From the NCBI GenBank assembly GCA_012295275.1, contig CM022665.1, positions 5,270,001 to 5,334,000 on the forward strand: a DNA stretch of 64,000 nt, written 5' to 3'. The stretch comes from Chrysomallon squamiferum. Its lineage: Eukaryota > Animalia > Mollusca. The notes under the pieces are model-generated. The model saw nothing but the letters and a program-made list of their open reading frames with translations, was not told the DNA's origin and did no database searches. The position numbers and the translations under genes were made by a program. Of this stretch, positions 39,685 to 53,937 are shown in pieces. How positions within the stretch are numbered: position 1 is the first letter of the stretch; each line of letters starts with the position of its first letter.

Positions 39685-40683
39685 TAGCTATTTTATAAAC
39701 GAATAAAACCAAATATATCACAGGAAGAATCCTGATTTACAGAACATGGATGAAATTTTCAAGATTCACACACACACACACACACACACGCACGCACACG
39801 CAACTACACACATAGAAACACACACTGTAGAGTTGGGGGTGAAATCGATCGGCAAAACATAGAGGAAGAAGCGCCCCCAAATATCGTAGATCATCTTACC
39901 AAGCTACGCTATGGAAATGTGATTACAAAAGTGCAAAATCAAACTAATACCAAGATGCGGACCCTGTCTAATGTTCTTGTTTCTTTCACGACATCATTAC
40001 CATCAGCTCTTCCCGTGGACACTTTACCATTTACCTAGTGATCAGTCATTCGTGTGGTAGTTTAACTGATTTTCATGTTTTAATTTTGTCCTTTTAAAAA
40101 TCTTTATGTTAGTGCAAATGTATTATAAAATAGATCATTATTAATACATTTAAAAAAAAAAAAAAAAAAAAAAAAAGCTGAAAATTAATAGCATCACTAT
40201 ACGAGTATTAGTTACATGTAAAAACGAGATAGACCATTTTGCAAAAACGAGTTAGACCATTTGCAAAAAACGTTACTTTCTTCTCTCTGACCGGTCGTGA
40301 CGTCATGTCATACAAAACAAAAATAAGAACTATCGGCAAAATGTACGAGTGCCGTCATTTCGACATTTTGTAGCTGTGGTAGTGACGTCATTTTCCAGAA
40401 TGTGCACTGTATAGCTCTATGAGTTTCCTCTGGTGTTGTCAGAATTCTATTTTGTATTTATTATAGAAAACTACCTTTTCTCTGAAGTGTTTAATGTGTT
40501 TTACTGGCGACCATCTGAATTTTTGCAACGAATGTCACTGCTCAATCCACCAAAAATAATTTAAATGACATGTTTGTTTTATTTTACACCAATTTGATAC
40601 GTTAATAAATTATATTTGTGACGAAAATAAACAATATGTAGTCTTGTATTTCAAAACTGTTATAGATGTTTTATTTTTTTTCA

Positions 40684-40715
<32 letters not shown>

Positions 40716-42891
40716 CACAGATGCATGCATACATTCATACGTACATACTTACCTACCTACCTACCTGCCTACATGCATTCAAACATAAATACATACATGC
40801 ATTCATACAAAAATACATTCATATATATATATACACATAAATACATACTTTCATAATTCATTCAAATAATACACACACACACGCACATAAATAAATACAG
40901 CCAGCTATATGTTTATATACACACTTACACACACAGTCACACACTTATATATCCTGGCAGAACACACATATATAAGCATATATATGCTATATTTTTATAT
41001 AATGACATTACACATATATTACGTCAATTGCATCTATTGATATCATTGTTGTTAATAGTATAGGTGTTTTCGCGGAAGTAATCAATACTTTGCAATTACA
41101 TTAATTACAGTATTTGTAAACGGATATAAGTTTAAGTGTTCGATATATTGATATATCGTTTTACTTTGCTAGCTCTGTCGAATACGGATTTGTTTTAAAT
41201 GTAACTAATCAAAGTCGTGGCCTACCTTTTTTTTTTTTTTGGATGTAGGAAATCTGATATGAAGTAGCGTATAATAAGAGTTGAAGTAGCTGCACCTTAA
41301 ACATTAACACAGCGTCACTGCTCCATAACCAATATCACTAACAACATCATCTTATTCATCATCAGGTCCGTTATTAGCATGCGCATCGTCGTCATCAACA
41401 ACGTTATCAACACAGCCACAAATACCGTTACCGTCACTAGTATATCACCATTAATACAACATCAGTAAGCAAACTACCATTACCGTTATTAGGATCATCA
41501 TCTCGTTTCAACGACCATTTCCATCGTTATCACAGCAAATTCTGTGTTAAATAAAACACATACACATTAGGAACCCGATTTGAAACAGCTATTTTGCATT
41601 TTTCAGATCGTAGAAATTTACAGTTTCTGGAAAGGTCCGATAGAAGTCTATCTATATATATATATATATATATTTTTTTAATACACTGTATAAATCGAAA
41701 CTCTTCAAAATAACGTAATTTCACTTGATCTCAGATATCATCTCTTTTATCTATCGTCACTGACATAGATGCTCAAACTGATGTAAAACGATATCAATAC
41801 GCATTCAGCGTAATGTTTAACGAAGTATTAACGCGAACGAGAGAAACAGTGCAAGGAAATATCACAACGATCCAGGCGCATCGAACACCAATAGCTTCGT
41901 CAAAACGCAAACATAACGATAAAAAAAAAAAAAAAAAAAAATGGCCAGCGTTAATACACGATTCTGTTTCTTTCCATCGATCTAGCATTCGATCAATATT
42001 TATGATGAACTTCTTCATGTTTCACGAAGCAAATATTTTAAATAGAATTATAGGCGGATTGAAATCCCTGTCGTTTCTGGCTAATGATTTCATTCCAGCT
42101 CGCATATAAATCTTTGGAACGGTCATTCATGTTGAAAGGGTTTATCTGTGCTAAGGAGGAGAAGGAAAAGAAGAAGAAAAATATTTGGGTTCTGAGAAGC
42201 AGACGAATGAATAAATGAATGTAAAAATAAAGAAAGTAACAAAAAAAAAAAAAAAAACCTTTTATATATATATATATTTTTTCTTTGCGTGTGATGTTTG
42301 TGTTTATTTTGGTGTGTATTGGCATTTATGGTCATATATGTATGTATGTATGTATGTATATATGTATGTATGTATATATGTATTTATGCATGTATGCATG
42401 TATGTTTGTATGTGGGTATGTTTGTATGTGGTTATGTTTGTATGTGTGAATGTATGCATGAATATCAGTATGTATGTATGCATCAGTGTGTCTTTTGTGT
42501 ATCTATACATGCATCTATTATAATCTTATTTCACAGATAACATAATTTAGTCAGTTCAGAATGTTTTTATTTCACAGTAACAATAGCAAATAAACTACTA
42601 TAACCATAGTAAAACGAGAACATTATCGAAGATAGTTAATTAAGTTTAGCAGACAGCGGATTTTGTGTACCGTAATGACTAGATAATTATACTCTGTAAT
42701 TAAACAGAACAGTAAACTGCAAACATTGACTGTTCTTTAACACGCAACTGAGCCACTAATCCCTTGATACAGGGAAAACCCATTTCATCACGATTCTGTG
42801 TGTTTGAGTGTTTTATACTTATCTGAATTCATTATCACAAATGTTATGTTAACTATTGTCAGTTGACGCAATAATAATAATAATAATAATA

Positions 42892-42929
<38 letters not shown>

Positions 42930-43053
42930 TAATATGTAAATAAATAGATAAATAAATAAATGAAATATAACAGATAAAATGCAAAATTCCACAGTTGTTG
43001 GCAACATGTTCTTTCCTTTTAGTCGATCATTTATATTTTACTTATTTATTTAC

Positions 43054-43100
<47 letters not shown>

Positions 43101-44048
43101 TTTTTGAATTAATGCCTTCCCTCCATATCAGTATTTAACTCTTTCTCTGACTCACACATACAGACATGCACCAAATCTAATCGTTCTATTTTGTTTTGTG
43201 TCCTGTTTTTTTTTTTCGCACCTATATATAAAATATATATATATATATAACTAATAATAATTCATGGATGCATCATTATGTATTTAAGTGTCGTTTTCTC
43301 CTTTAAGACAGCAAAATGGTGCAGGATATTGCAGTTTCTTGTCATGCGATATGAATCACAGGGCTGGATAGACAATAAAAAAAAACAGAGCATGAAATCT
43401 CAATTCATATAAATTATCGTCACCCGCTAAGCTCTAATGATATTTTTCTATGCATGGCAGCTGACAAGAGCTTTTACAAATACTATGGATCTTGGCTTAA
43501 AGGGGCAATTTCGTGACGTCGCGTAAGAAACTATTAATTTAGAACGTGAACAGGAAACATTACCAGTTATGTTAGATATTTTTCTCTCCGCCTTTTTTTT
43601 TTTTTCTTTTTTTTTTTTTTTTGAAATTTTCGTTTCTTTTGTTTTTCGTATGATCTGACTGCTTTGTGAAAATAGATAACATGAGTGATATATATATACG
43701 TACTATCTCACTCCTGCTGCCGTCTGCTCTCCACGAAATGCAAATATATAAAGAATATCTTTCAACATTTTCATACGAGTTTAATGTATGTAACAGTTTA
43801 AAGCGGAAAAAGAATAATGGTAACGGTAGGTCTTTCGGTCAGTTAGAGGTTGGACGCACGAAGAAAGAAAGATATAAAAAAAAGGATGACGGTGAAAGAG
43901 AAAGGCAGATTAGGTAGAATGACAGGCAGAGTAAAAAGTGAGGAACAGAGAGGAAATAACGAGAATGAAGAGCGAGGGAGTTAGAATAGGTAAGAGAAGA
44001 AAAAAGATGAAGAATGAGCAAAAGGGAAAGGAACAGAGGGAATGAAAT

Positions 44049-44468
<420 letters not shown>

Positions 44469-45037
44469 CAGACAAGGAGGGAGAGGGATGGCAATAAGAG
44501 AGAGATAAAGCAAGAGAGAGTCAGAGGTTGAAGGACAGAGAGAAAAAGAGAACGACTGCAAGTGAAAGGGTGAGAGAGAGCAGAACACAAGAGTTAGAGA
44601 CAAAACACATTCATAAACAAAGAAAAAAAAAAAAAAAAAAAAAAAAATGACCGCGACACTGAGAGAACAGTCTTGATACAATTTACGATAATTTTTATCT
44701 CTTTATAATTCTACGTCTGAGCTTGGTGTAAAACATGGATCCTATACATCTACCTTGACATCCTTTTGACTCGCAGGCCAGAAACTTTCTAAGCTAGACG
44801 TTAATTTTTCACATTAACAATGAAAAACTGCGTCTCTGCATCACGCCGTATTAAACACGCTCCCAGACAATAGAGATCTCGTGTTAATTATGCATGAAGC
44901 TTTATCAAGTAAAACACCCAGAACATGACATGATGATATACACAGTGTATCTGTCTTGTGAACTTGAGGATCTCATAACAGAAACTAATCTTATGGAAAA
45001 AATGTGGATAAGAAAAAGCAATTTAAAACCCAGATGG

Positions 45038-45068
<31 letters not shown>

Positions 45069-45526
45069 GGAAGAAGAAGAAGAAGAAGAAGAAGACAAAG
45101 AAAGATAATGATAATTTTTATGAAGAAGAATAAAATAAAACAAAAATGAACTTGATATTGAAGAAGCTGAAGAAGAAGAAGACAAAGACAAAGAAATGAT
45201 GTCGACATACAGATGAAAAAACAAACAAAAAAACCCAGCTCGTTTGATCATATTGTTTATTATTTCATTTCCATTCTTAAATTCCCAAATCTAGATGTTT
45301 AATAAAACGCGTCATTATGATTTTACAACTATTACTTTACGACTATTACTCCCTAGCCTAGCTATGATTATTTCTGTAAAACAGCCTCGTAAATACCAGG
45401 AAAAAGATGTCTCAGTAGATTTGATTATTAACACTCACTGGTTCACAGCTATATAATCAGCAAAATTTCTTTTAAAAGCATCTGAAAAACAGGAATTATT
45501 ATTTTTGTATTTGTATTTTATTTAAT

Positions 45527-45572
<46 letters not shown>

Positions 45573-45598
45573 ATTTATTTATTTATTTATTTATTTAT

Positions 45599-45636
<38 letters not shown>

Positions 45637-45750
45637 AACCTGCTCGGCAAAATCAGAACGATCCAAAAAACTGGATTATTATTTTATTCATATTAATTAG
45701 TAGTCGGGATTCTTTTACACACACGCACAAACGCACACACACACATAAAC

Positions 45751-46153
45751 ACACATACACATACACATACACTCATATATAATCAGAAATATAAAATTCT
45801 GAAAAAATAACAGTACGCTAATATATTATTACTATCACAGCGACGTATATATATATTCTCGGCGAGGTGAAAGCACATACCAGAGTCTTTGGTAATAAAT
45901 GGGACACAAGCTATAACGGGATACAAGGAAGACATAAAGAATTTAGCTGAAATTTGTAGTCAGAGAAGTCAAATATGTGGTTAAGAACAGAATACATATG
46001 GTAAGGGTCAACACTTAAGGAATTCATTAAGTATTTAATAATTTAACAGTTAACATTCCATAAACCAGAAACAGCACGATTTTCAGTAATGTAATAAAAA
46101 TTACAAAGTACAGATTGATGTTAGGAAACTATTTTAAATTAATGATATATAAA

Positions 46154-46241
<88 letters not shown>

Positions 46242-46453
46242 ATATACACATACATGCTCATTAAAAACAGATGCACATCGACACGTCCAAAGACATACAT
46301 AAAATTACACTATTACTTGCTCAGCGTGCAGCATAAAACGTAATAAAGACACTTTTATATTCGTGAATATCTGTGACGCAAAATACAAATATCTTGCCAC
46401 CTACACATACAAATAATCAGAATGTTTTCTTATGTCGAGGGTCAATAATAATA

Positions 46454-46485
<32 letters not shown>

Positions 46486-46679
46486 TAAAAAAAAATAATA
46501 ATAATAATAATAACAATAATAATAAATAATAATAATAATGAGAATAATAATAATAATAACATCCCAACATCAGCAACAGTGATAATGATGATGATGATAC
46601 TGATGATGATAATAATAATAATAATGTAATAATGATGATGATAACGACAACAACAAAAAACAACAACAACAACAACAAC

Positions 46680-46735
<56 letters not shown>

Positions 46736-47209
46736 ATTATCATCATCATCATCATCATTATTATTTTAAGTGTTTTTCTGTTTGATCTGTTTTGTTGCAT
46801 GTTGTACGTGTTCGCTGACCAGTTTTGTAACATTACACGTTGTGCACTTTAGTTATCGTGACAGCCTGTGACAGTAAGTATTAAACATACTCTGTCATTC
46901 TAGGTGTGGCTTGACTACGTCATTGTGATCTTATTATGTTTTTTCAAGGTATTACTGTCCAAGGCCCTTTGACAAATCAATTTATGCTAATTTGAAACAG
47001 AGATATATCTTGTATCTTATTTGTTAGGCGGCTTGTCAAAGGAAAATACTGTTTGTGCGTTACGTACAATTATATTATGAAGAGAAAAGTTAATATACGT
47101 ATTTAAACACACATACATATAGATATATAAATACATACATGTATAGATACAGTAAATACTACATACGTACACACTTGCATATCTACATACATGCTTACAT
47201 ATATATATG

Positions 47210-47240
<31 letters not shown>

Positions 47241-47503
47241 ATATACACACATTCATAAATACATACACACATACAGACCATATTTAAATACATACATTCA
47301 TGCATACGTATATACGTACGTATGCACTTATGCATAGATACCTACATACATGTTTACACATAATGCACACGTACATACATACATACAAACACAGAGACAT
47401 CTACACATACACATACACATACACATGCACTCATATATATACTCAGAAATATAAAATTCGGAAAAAATAACAGTACGCTAATACTTTATTACTGTTACAG
47501 CGA
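45751..47503 (+). repeat. Dispersed direct repeat of about 90-100 bp (45751-45843 and 47403-47503)
   Basis: Both copies read cactcatatat..tcagaaatataaaattc(t/g)gaaaaaataacagtacgctaata..ttattact.t.acagcga, each preceded by (CACATA)n. Confidence 0.85.
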
Positions 47504-47934
47504 TTAAGATCTGTGGAATAATTTTATAGCGTGTCAAGGCAATAAAAGTCACACAGCTAAAGAACAGTAATCGTAAAACACAAGACAGTGATTTATCGGT
47601 TTCTTACGTACTGTTAAACTTCGTGTATAATCATAGTCCCATTATTACCAGCTGCTTATATAAATAGGTGAACGTACTGCGTTTTGGAATGTCGCTTACT
47701 TTCGTTCAGAAAAGGTCGTGAATAAAACGAGAAAATGAAAGCCTTAGGTGATTTTTTTTTATTTTTTTTTATTTTTATTTTTTTTTATTTTGTTCTGTCT
47801 TAATCAGTGATTATGAAAGGTCGTTGAGTAGAAGTTGTTAAAAGTTGAACATTACGATCGAAAGGCAAAAAAAAAAAAAAACAGTTGCCTAAATCATTGT
47901 ATGTATGTGTGTATAAATACATTTTATATATATG

Positions 47935-47966
<32 letters not shown>

Positions 47967-50561
47967 TGTATGTATGTATGTATGTATGTATGTATGTATA
48001 TATATAAAGCTGATTTTTGAGTATCCATAAGTATTACGGTCATTTTAATTAAAGAAATAGATACATGCATACTTAAACAGTTACCTGACATAAGTTTGTT
48101 TATATTACGCTAAATTACGTCATTTGCTACTTTCAGATATATAAATATCTTCACATTTTATTTTAAATTTTTCATTGGATATTTGTTTTTAAAAGCTTTT
48201 TTTTTTTTCTTTTTTTATTACATTACTATAGTAACGACCATTAACTTTGTTACAGACACTGATTTCAACTGTAGACTTAGTGCTACATTCATTTCTAATA
48301 AAATTTAATGTTTAGTTCAGTTTAGTTTAATGTTCAGTGCTTCAACTGAGTTTAATTTAACGTTCAGTGCTTAATGTTCCGTGTTTTATTTACTTTAATG
48401 TATGTCCAATTTTCTTTAATATTTTTTTTTTTTTTTTTTTTATTTAAATGTAATTTAATTTACATAATAATTTTCCGTAACTCTGACGGTAATTAAGAAT
48501 TCTCCCGATACAAACACTGCTTGTGCTCTGAATAAAATCTACGCTTACTGTCTAGGTATGGACTTTTAACTCATCTTCATTCTGCTCGCATTGCCCATTT
48601 TACATTCCATTCATTTAAACAAATTCACAAGCAGGGCTGGCTACACAGTGTTTCTAATTCCGATTTTTATCGGATGAACTGTTTAGCGTGCGATGGAAAA
48701 ATCGAAGACTAAGAGAAAGGTCGGCATTGTAATGAGATGCAAGCGTCTGTAAGAATGCTTTCAAGGAGAGATGATGGAAGAACAGTCTGCTGATTGAGAG
48801 TACGTCTCGATGTTGAAACCAGCGTTTTGTAGATGTAATTATGACAGTTTCTGTGGCTTTATTTAGAAGCGCACGAAGTCTTGTGTGATGGACATTGTCT
48901 TCCGTTGTAATAAAACAAAATTAATGCACTGTTTGAATGTGTACCTATAATTATCATATTCTCTCTCTCTCTCTCTCTCTCTGACTTTTTTTTAGATATC
49001 TCTAATGTTTAGAAACGTGTTCATCTATGTTCCAATTTTTCCAGTAATTTGTAGTTTTCTTGTTTACGTCAGACTTTGATCGGATTTGTCTTTTCTCAAA
49101 GGAAAGAAGATAAATCTTCTACCTTCAAGATATTATTACACTGTAGAAGCATAACTATTTATAAAATACGACAGTACTGCAGTCCTTTCTGAAACAGTCA
49201 GAAGAACAGATCTGTATCGTCTGCTCTAAAACAGTATATAATTCCATACCAGATTAGTTATCAAACACATTCGAGTTTTGATAATAGTTTGATCATATAA
49301 CCTACTGAAATCCTATCGTATCTTCTGTTAAACAATACAAGGTTAAACATTACAGTCTTGGTTAAATATTTGCTTCCTCATTCGTATGCTTTCCTGTGAT
49401 AATAATGGTAAACACACCAGCAATGCATCTAACATGCTGATCTCGTGTTGCTAATCCAAATATTTACAATAACGTTCTATTTATGTGGTTTGCGGTTTCA
49501 GTTATTGCTACAGACACGCAAAGTACAATCATGATTGTCTTTCACTAGCAGTTAAACAGAACTCTTTGTTTTACAGCTTAAACGTCCTTTCATTTCGATT
49601 ACAATGCAGATGGTATTCGGTGATTCATCCTTTTCGCAGAACTTTCAGTCAGAGTATTATTAATAATCACTAGATTTTTTCACATGTTCGACCTGGATGT
49701 CACAACATGACGTCATGCAGCTCATGTTTATACAGAAAATATAACCCAACTGCGAGCTCTTCATGCACTTTGTGACAAAAGTGAACAAGATAAATAAATA
49801 TTCTGATGCCTTGTTTGCAAAAAAAATACGACGGCTCTTGTTTGCATTAACACAGAAATGTTATCAAAGCATCGTCTTACAGAATAATTAATGACTGTTT
49901 CTGGGCTAAAAGGACTTGTTAGAAACAACGAAATAAAACTATGACATTTGGGAAGAAACCAAACACACAGAAACACACACCCACACGTTCAGCTACCCAC
50001 CAGACTATCTTCCCCTTATACACTAAACCAGCCGAGTTAACCTTAACATAAATTTAATAAATGACTGGACGATGCTTCTGCGTAGTTACTTTCTAATACC
50101 GTTGTCATTCACTCCAGATAATTTAATTTTACTTATGAAAGGCCCCGGTTTAATGTCAACACAAACTTCTCTGTCTTTCTCAGCCGTTTATTCCTTGACA
50201 AAAACCGCCTCGGGTTACACTCGCTGAAATGACACAAACTCATTCTGCACAGGTCACCTTTGATAGATGTCGCAAACCGCTAGAACTTATGGTTATTCGT
50301 ATGTGTCACACAGAACATAACGTTGATACCACAACAATACTGTTTCTAGCATATCAACGCTAAATATAATTTCACCGACTTTATTAGTGGGCAAACACTA
50401 ACAGCCTGTTTGATTCATGTAAACAGACAAATAAGAACAAAACAACATAACAACAACTATTTGATGAATGCTTTAGACAAGAGTTTGTCGCGTAAGACTG
50501 AATTACCGTTCTTGTGGCATTCTTCAGTTTTCGAGTTGACTACTTACAAGCAAGGTACAAA

Positions 50562-50585
50562 ATGGGCGAAATGGACGTCGAAGTA

Positions 50586-50650
<65 letters not shown>

Positions 50651-53600
50651 TTTCAGAAGACGACATAACTTTGCATTTTATTTTACGTTAGTGTCAGTGT
50701 GTATATATGCATATATTCATGCATTTATGTGAACAGAATTTATATTGTGTATCTTGTTGGGATATTTTTCTAATATACAGACGACTTCTGAAATTGTTTT
50801 AATTTTATTTTTCTTCTTTTTTTCTTTTAGATTTTAAAGAGTGCTTGATATCTATGTTGCTTATTTGAAAAAGAAAAATATAATAATCATTTTTATATTA
50901 TGGGAAGGATAGCATCAAATAGTAAATTTCCAAATCCAAATAATGCCCCAAAACTGCCTATATTAACAAAGTCGGTGATAATTTTCTCGTCTGTAGGAAA
51001 GTAAGAATACAGCACTTCTAACCAGAAAGATTAGTTCACTGCAGCCAGTGAAAGATTTTAGTATTGTAATATTTATACTGTTAGTGCCATTTTGGAAACG
51101 TGTTTTTCAATTTTTTACGTTTTAGGCTGGCGCTGGAACCTCTATACAGAAAGCAGGTGGAACATCAAAATGTTTGAAATATGTAATTTTCGGAAGCATT
51201 CTTGGAGTTACCGGTCTTGTTGGAATTCTTACTGGTTTGGGACTCTCTGGAAAACTTGGACAACGTAATGAGCCAAATTTAGTAAGTACTTTATTAATAT
51301 TCTAAAACTTAAAAAAATAAAAAGAAAGAACAAAAAAATAAGAGAAAAAGAATCGAGAGATTCTGAAACTAGTTTCAGTAGTGAAAAATAAGTGTTGAGA
51401 ATTTACAAAAAAACAAACAACAACGAGATCATGACCCAAACATCACCAACGACATTACTATTTCTGCAACTCGAACTAAATTAATGAACAAAACTAAAAT
51501 AGATAGTCCATTATATGTTGTTAATGTCATATTAAATACACAGCTGTGATGGGTATATATGTTAATCTATAATCTGTATCTAAGCACATGTAAGTGATAC
51601 GTACATTTGGCCATGCATGACTGTAAAATAACAATAGATATATAGGAAGATATATCCAGAAGTTAATTAGCTTGCTATTGATCTACTTAGCGTTTCGAGA
51701 TTCTAAACTCGTTGTGTTTAAATGCTACTGATGTAAATTTAATAGAAAACAATAAATAAGAAATCATATGTCACACTTCTCCAGACAATTGAATAACGCA
51801 GGCCAGACGTAAAATGTGATGCAACACTATGATGAGATCCATTAAGCCGAGTCGTAAATCCTAAAACTAGACCGTTTGAAATCTCGACTTTCTTCAGATC
51901 TTAGGTATGTCGAGGAATTTGGGATGTGGGGAAACACAACAGCTTCTCGTTGTGAAAGTGATGTCATGTCACTGATAAACGAACACGTTTTTTTGAACAG
52001 AAATGAACTTGGTAATTGTTGACCGCTTCATACACAGTATCAATTTCATTTTTGTCAAGTGGAATTATAATAAAACAGTACGTACGAACGTATGTACAAG
52101 AAACAACAACAACAACTAAAATTGTATTAGAGAAGTAGAACTACGATTGCATAAACGAAGGGCACTATAACAGTAGCGGATGCAAATTAAAAAAAACAAC
52201 AACAAATAAACAAACAAAACCAGCGAAACAAATACTGTTGTGTCAAGATAAAAAGTTGACAAAATGTTGTAAAATATTATGTTTATGAAAAACCATTATT
52301 GTAATATTATATTTCTTTAATTTTATTTGTTTATTTATTATTTTTTTTTAATGTGGAATTCTGAAGTCATATTTTTTACTTTTTAGTATGAAGCAGGTTT
52401 TTAGTATGAAGGAATTAAAGTAAGCAAAAAAAAAAAAAAAAGAAAAATGTAAAAACAAAGAATTGGAAAAGGCAGTTTTAAAATGTCAGTGAGTTACAAA
52501 CATGGTGTATTCTGGTTGAGACAGTGGTGTTCCTGTGCTACCAATTCTCCACGACTGATTTATAAAAGTCTTTTCAACAGGTCGAGGATTCCTCATCCGA
52601 AATTGCGAAATCCGAAAGCTTTCCGAACAGCAGAAATAATAATATCTTGCCTTGTTTTCGTATTGTTTTGGACGCACTACCGTTATTTTAAAGCACAAAA
52701 TTGTTAAAAATATTATATATAAAATCCTGCACACTAATTGTTTAAGCTGTATATGAAATACAAATAGAATTCATGTTTAGACTTGGATACTATATTCGGG
52801 GTATCTACTTATATTCCAGAATCCGAAACATTCTGAAATCCGAAATATTTCAAGTCCAAAGTATTTCAGATAAAGAATTCTCCTATATTTGGTAATGTAG
52901 ATATTTATAAAAAACAAACAAAAACAACAACACATTACTGTTACTAATCGATAAGAAAATGACTGTAATTGCACTAGTTATCATCATCAAACCAAAACTA
53001 TAGATTTAAAAAAAAAACTAACAGCCTTAAGTAATAAAATATTTTGAAAACTCCATAAACAGTTTTTGTTCAATTACACATTGATTAATTAATTCTGAAT
53101 ATACGGTAATTTGAAAACTCTGGTAAAAAAAAAAAAAAACAGGACAAGCAGAAGATTCTATTTGTCTAGGTAGTCTATATGAATATTACATAAGGCCAAA
53201 ATTTACTGTAAAATAAAATAAAATAAAATAAAATAAAATAAAATAAAATAAAATGATAACAGATTTAAAATGATAAAAGTTTTGACCTGTCAGATACTTT
53301 TACACGAAACCGTTAGGAACGCAGTATTTTCATTACCACGACATGACTAATCCCTGTACAGCAGAGGTTAAGTTATTTTCTAACATGCCTCCTACTCTAT
53401 GCATAACATATCTGAAAATGACCTTTCCACTAGTAAATTTAAAGTGCCACATTTGTCAGCAGATAACCTCTAACAGGTGCACGTGCAAATCTATATTCTT
53501 ACGTGAACTCAAAGAACAGGTGACGGAGTGGCTGAGGTAAAACGTGACAACGTGCACCGCCTGACCAGCTAATGGAGAAAATCGTGTACATTGTTTCGAG

Positions 53601-53906
53601 GACGTCAGCCTATAACTTTTTATGTCAGACATCGTTCGTGTGTGATAGTGATTCATAGCACGAAGCAGTAAAACCGGATAATACTTTTTAGGCCTTCAGC
53701 CTCGGAAATAAATTTTGTTTTGAAGTTCGAACATTATCTGAAATAATTGTGTGTTCGTATCTTCGTTCTTTTGGTCGTTATATCATAATTCGTTTTATTT
53801 CAAACGAGTCTGGAAACTAAATTTGTTTGTTGATTTTAAAATACAAAACAAACAAATAAAAAGATTCATTTATATATAATTATAACTATAACTATAACTA
53901 TAACAA

Positions 53907-53937
<31 letters not shown>

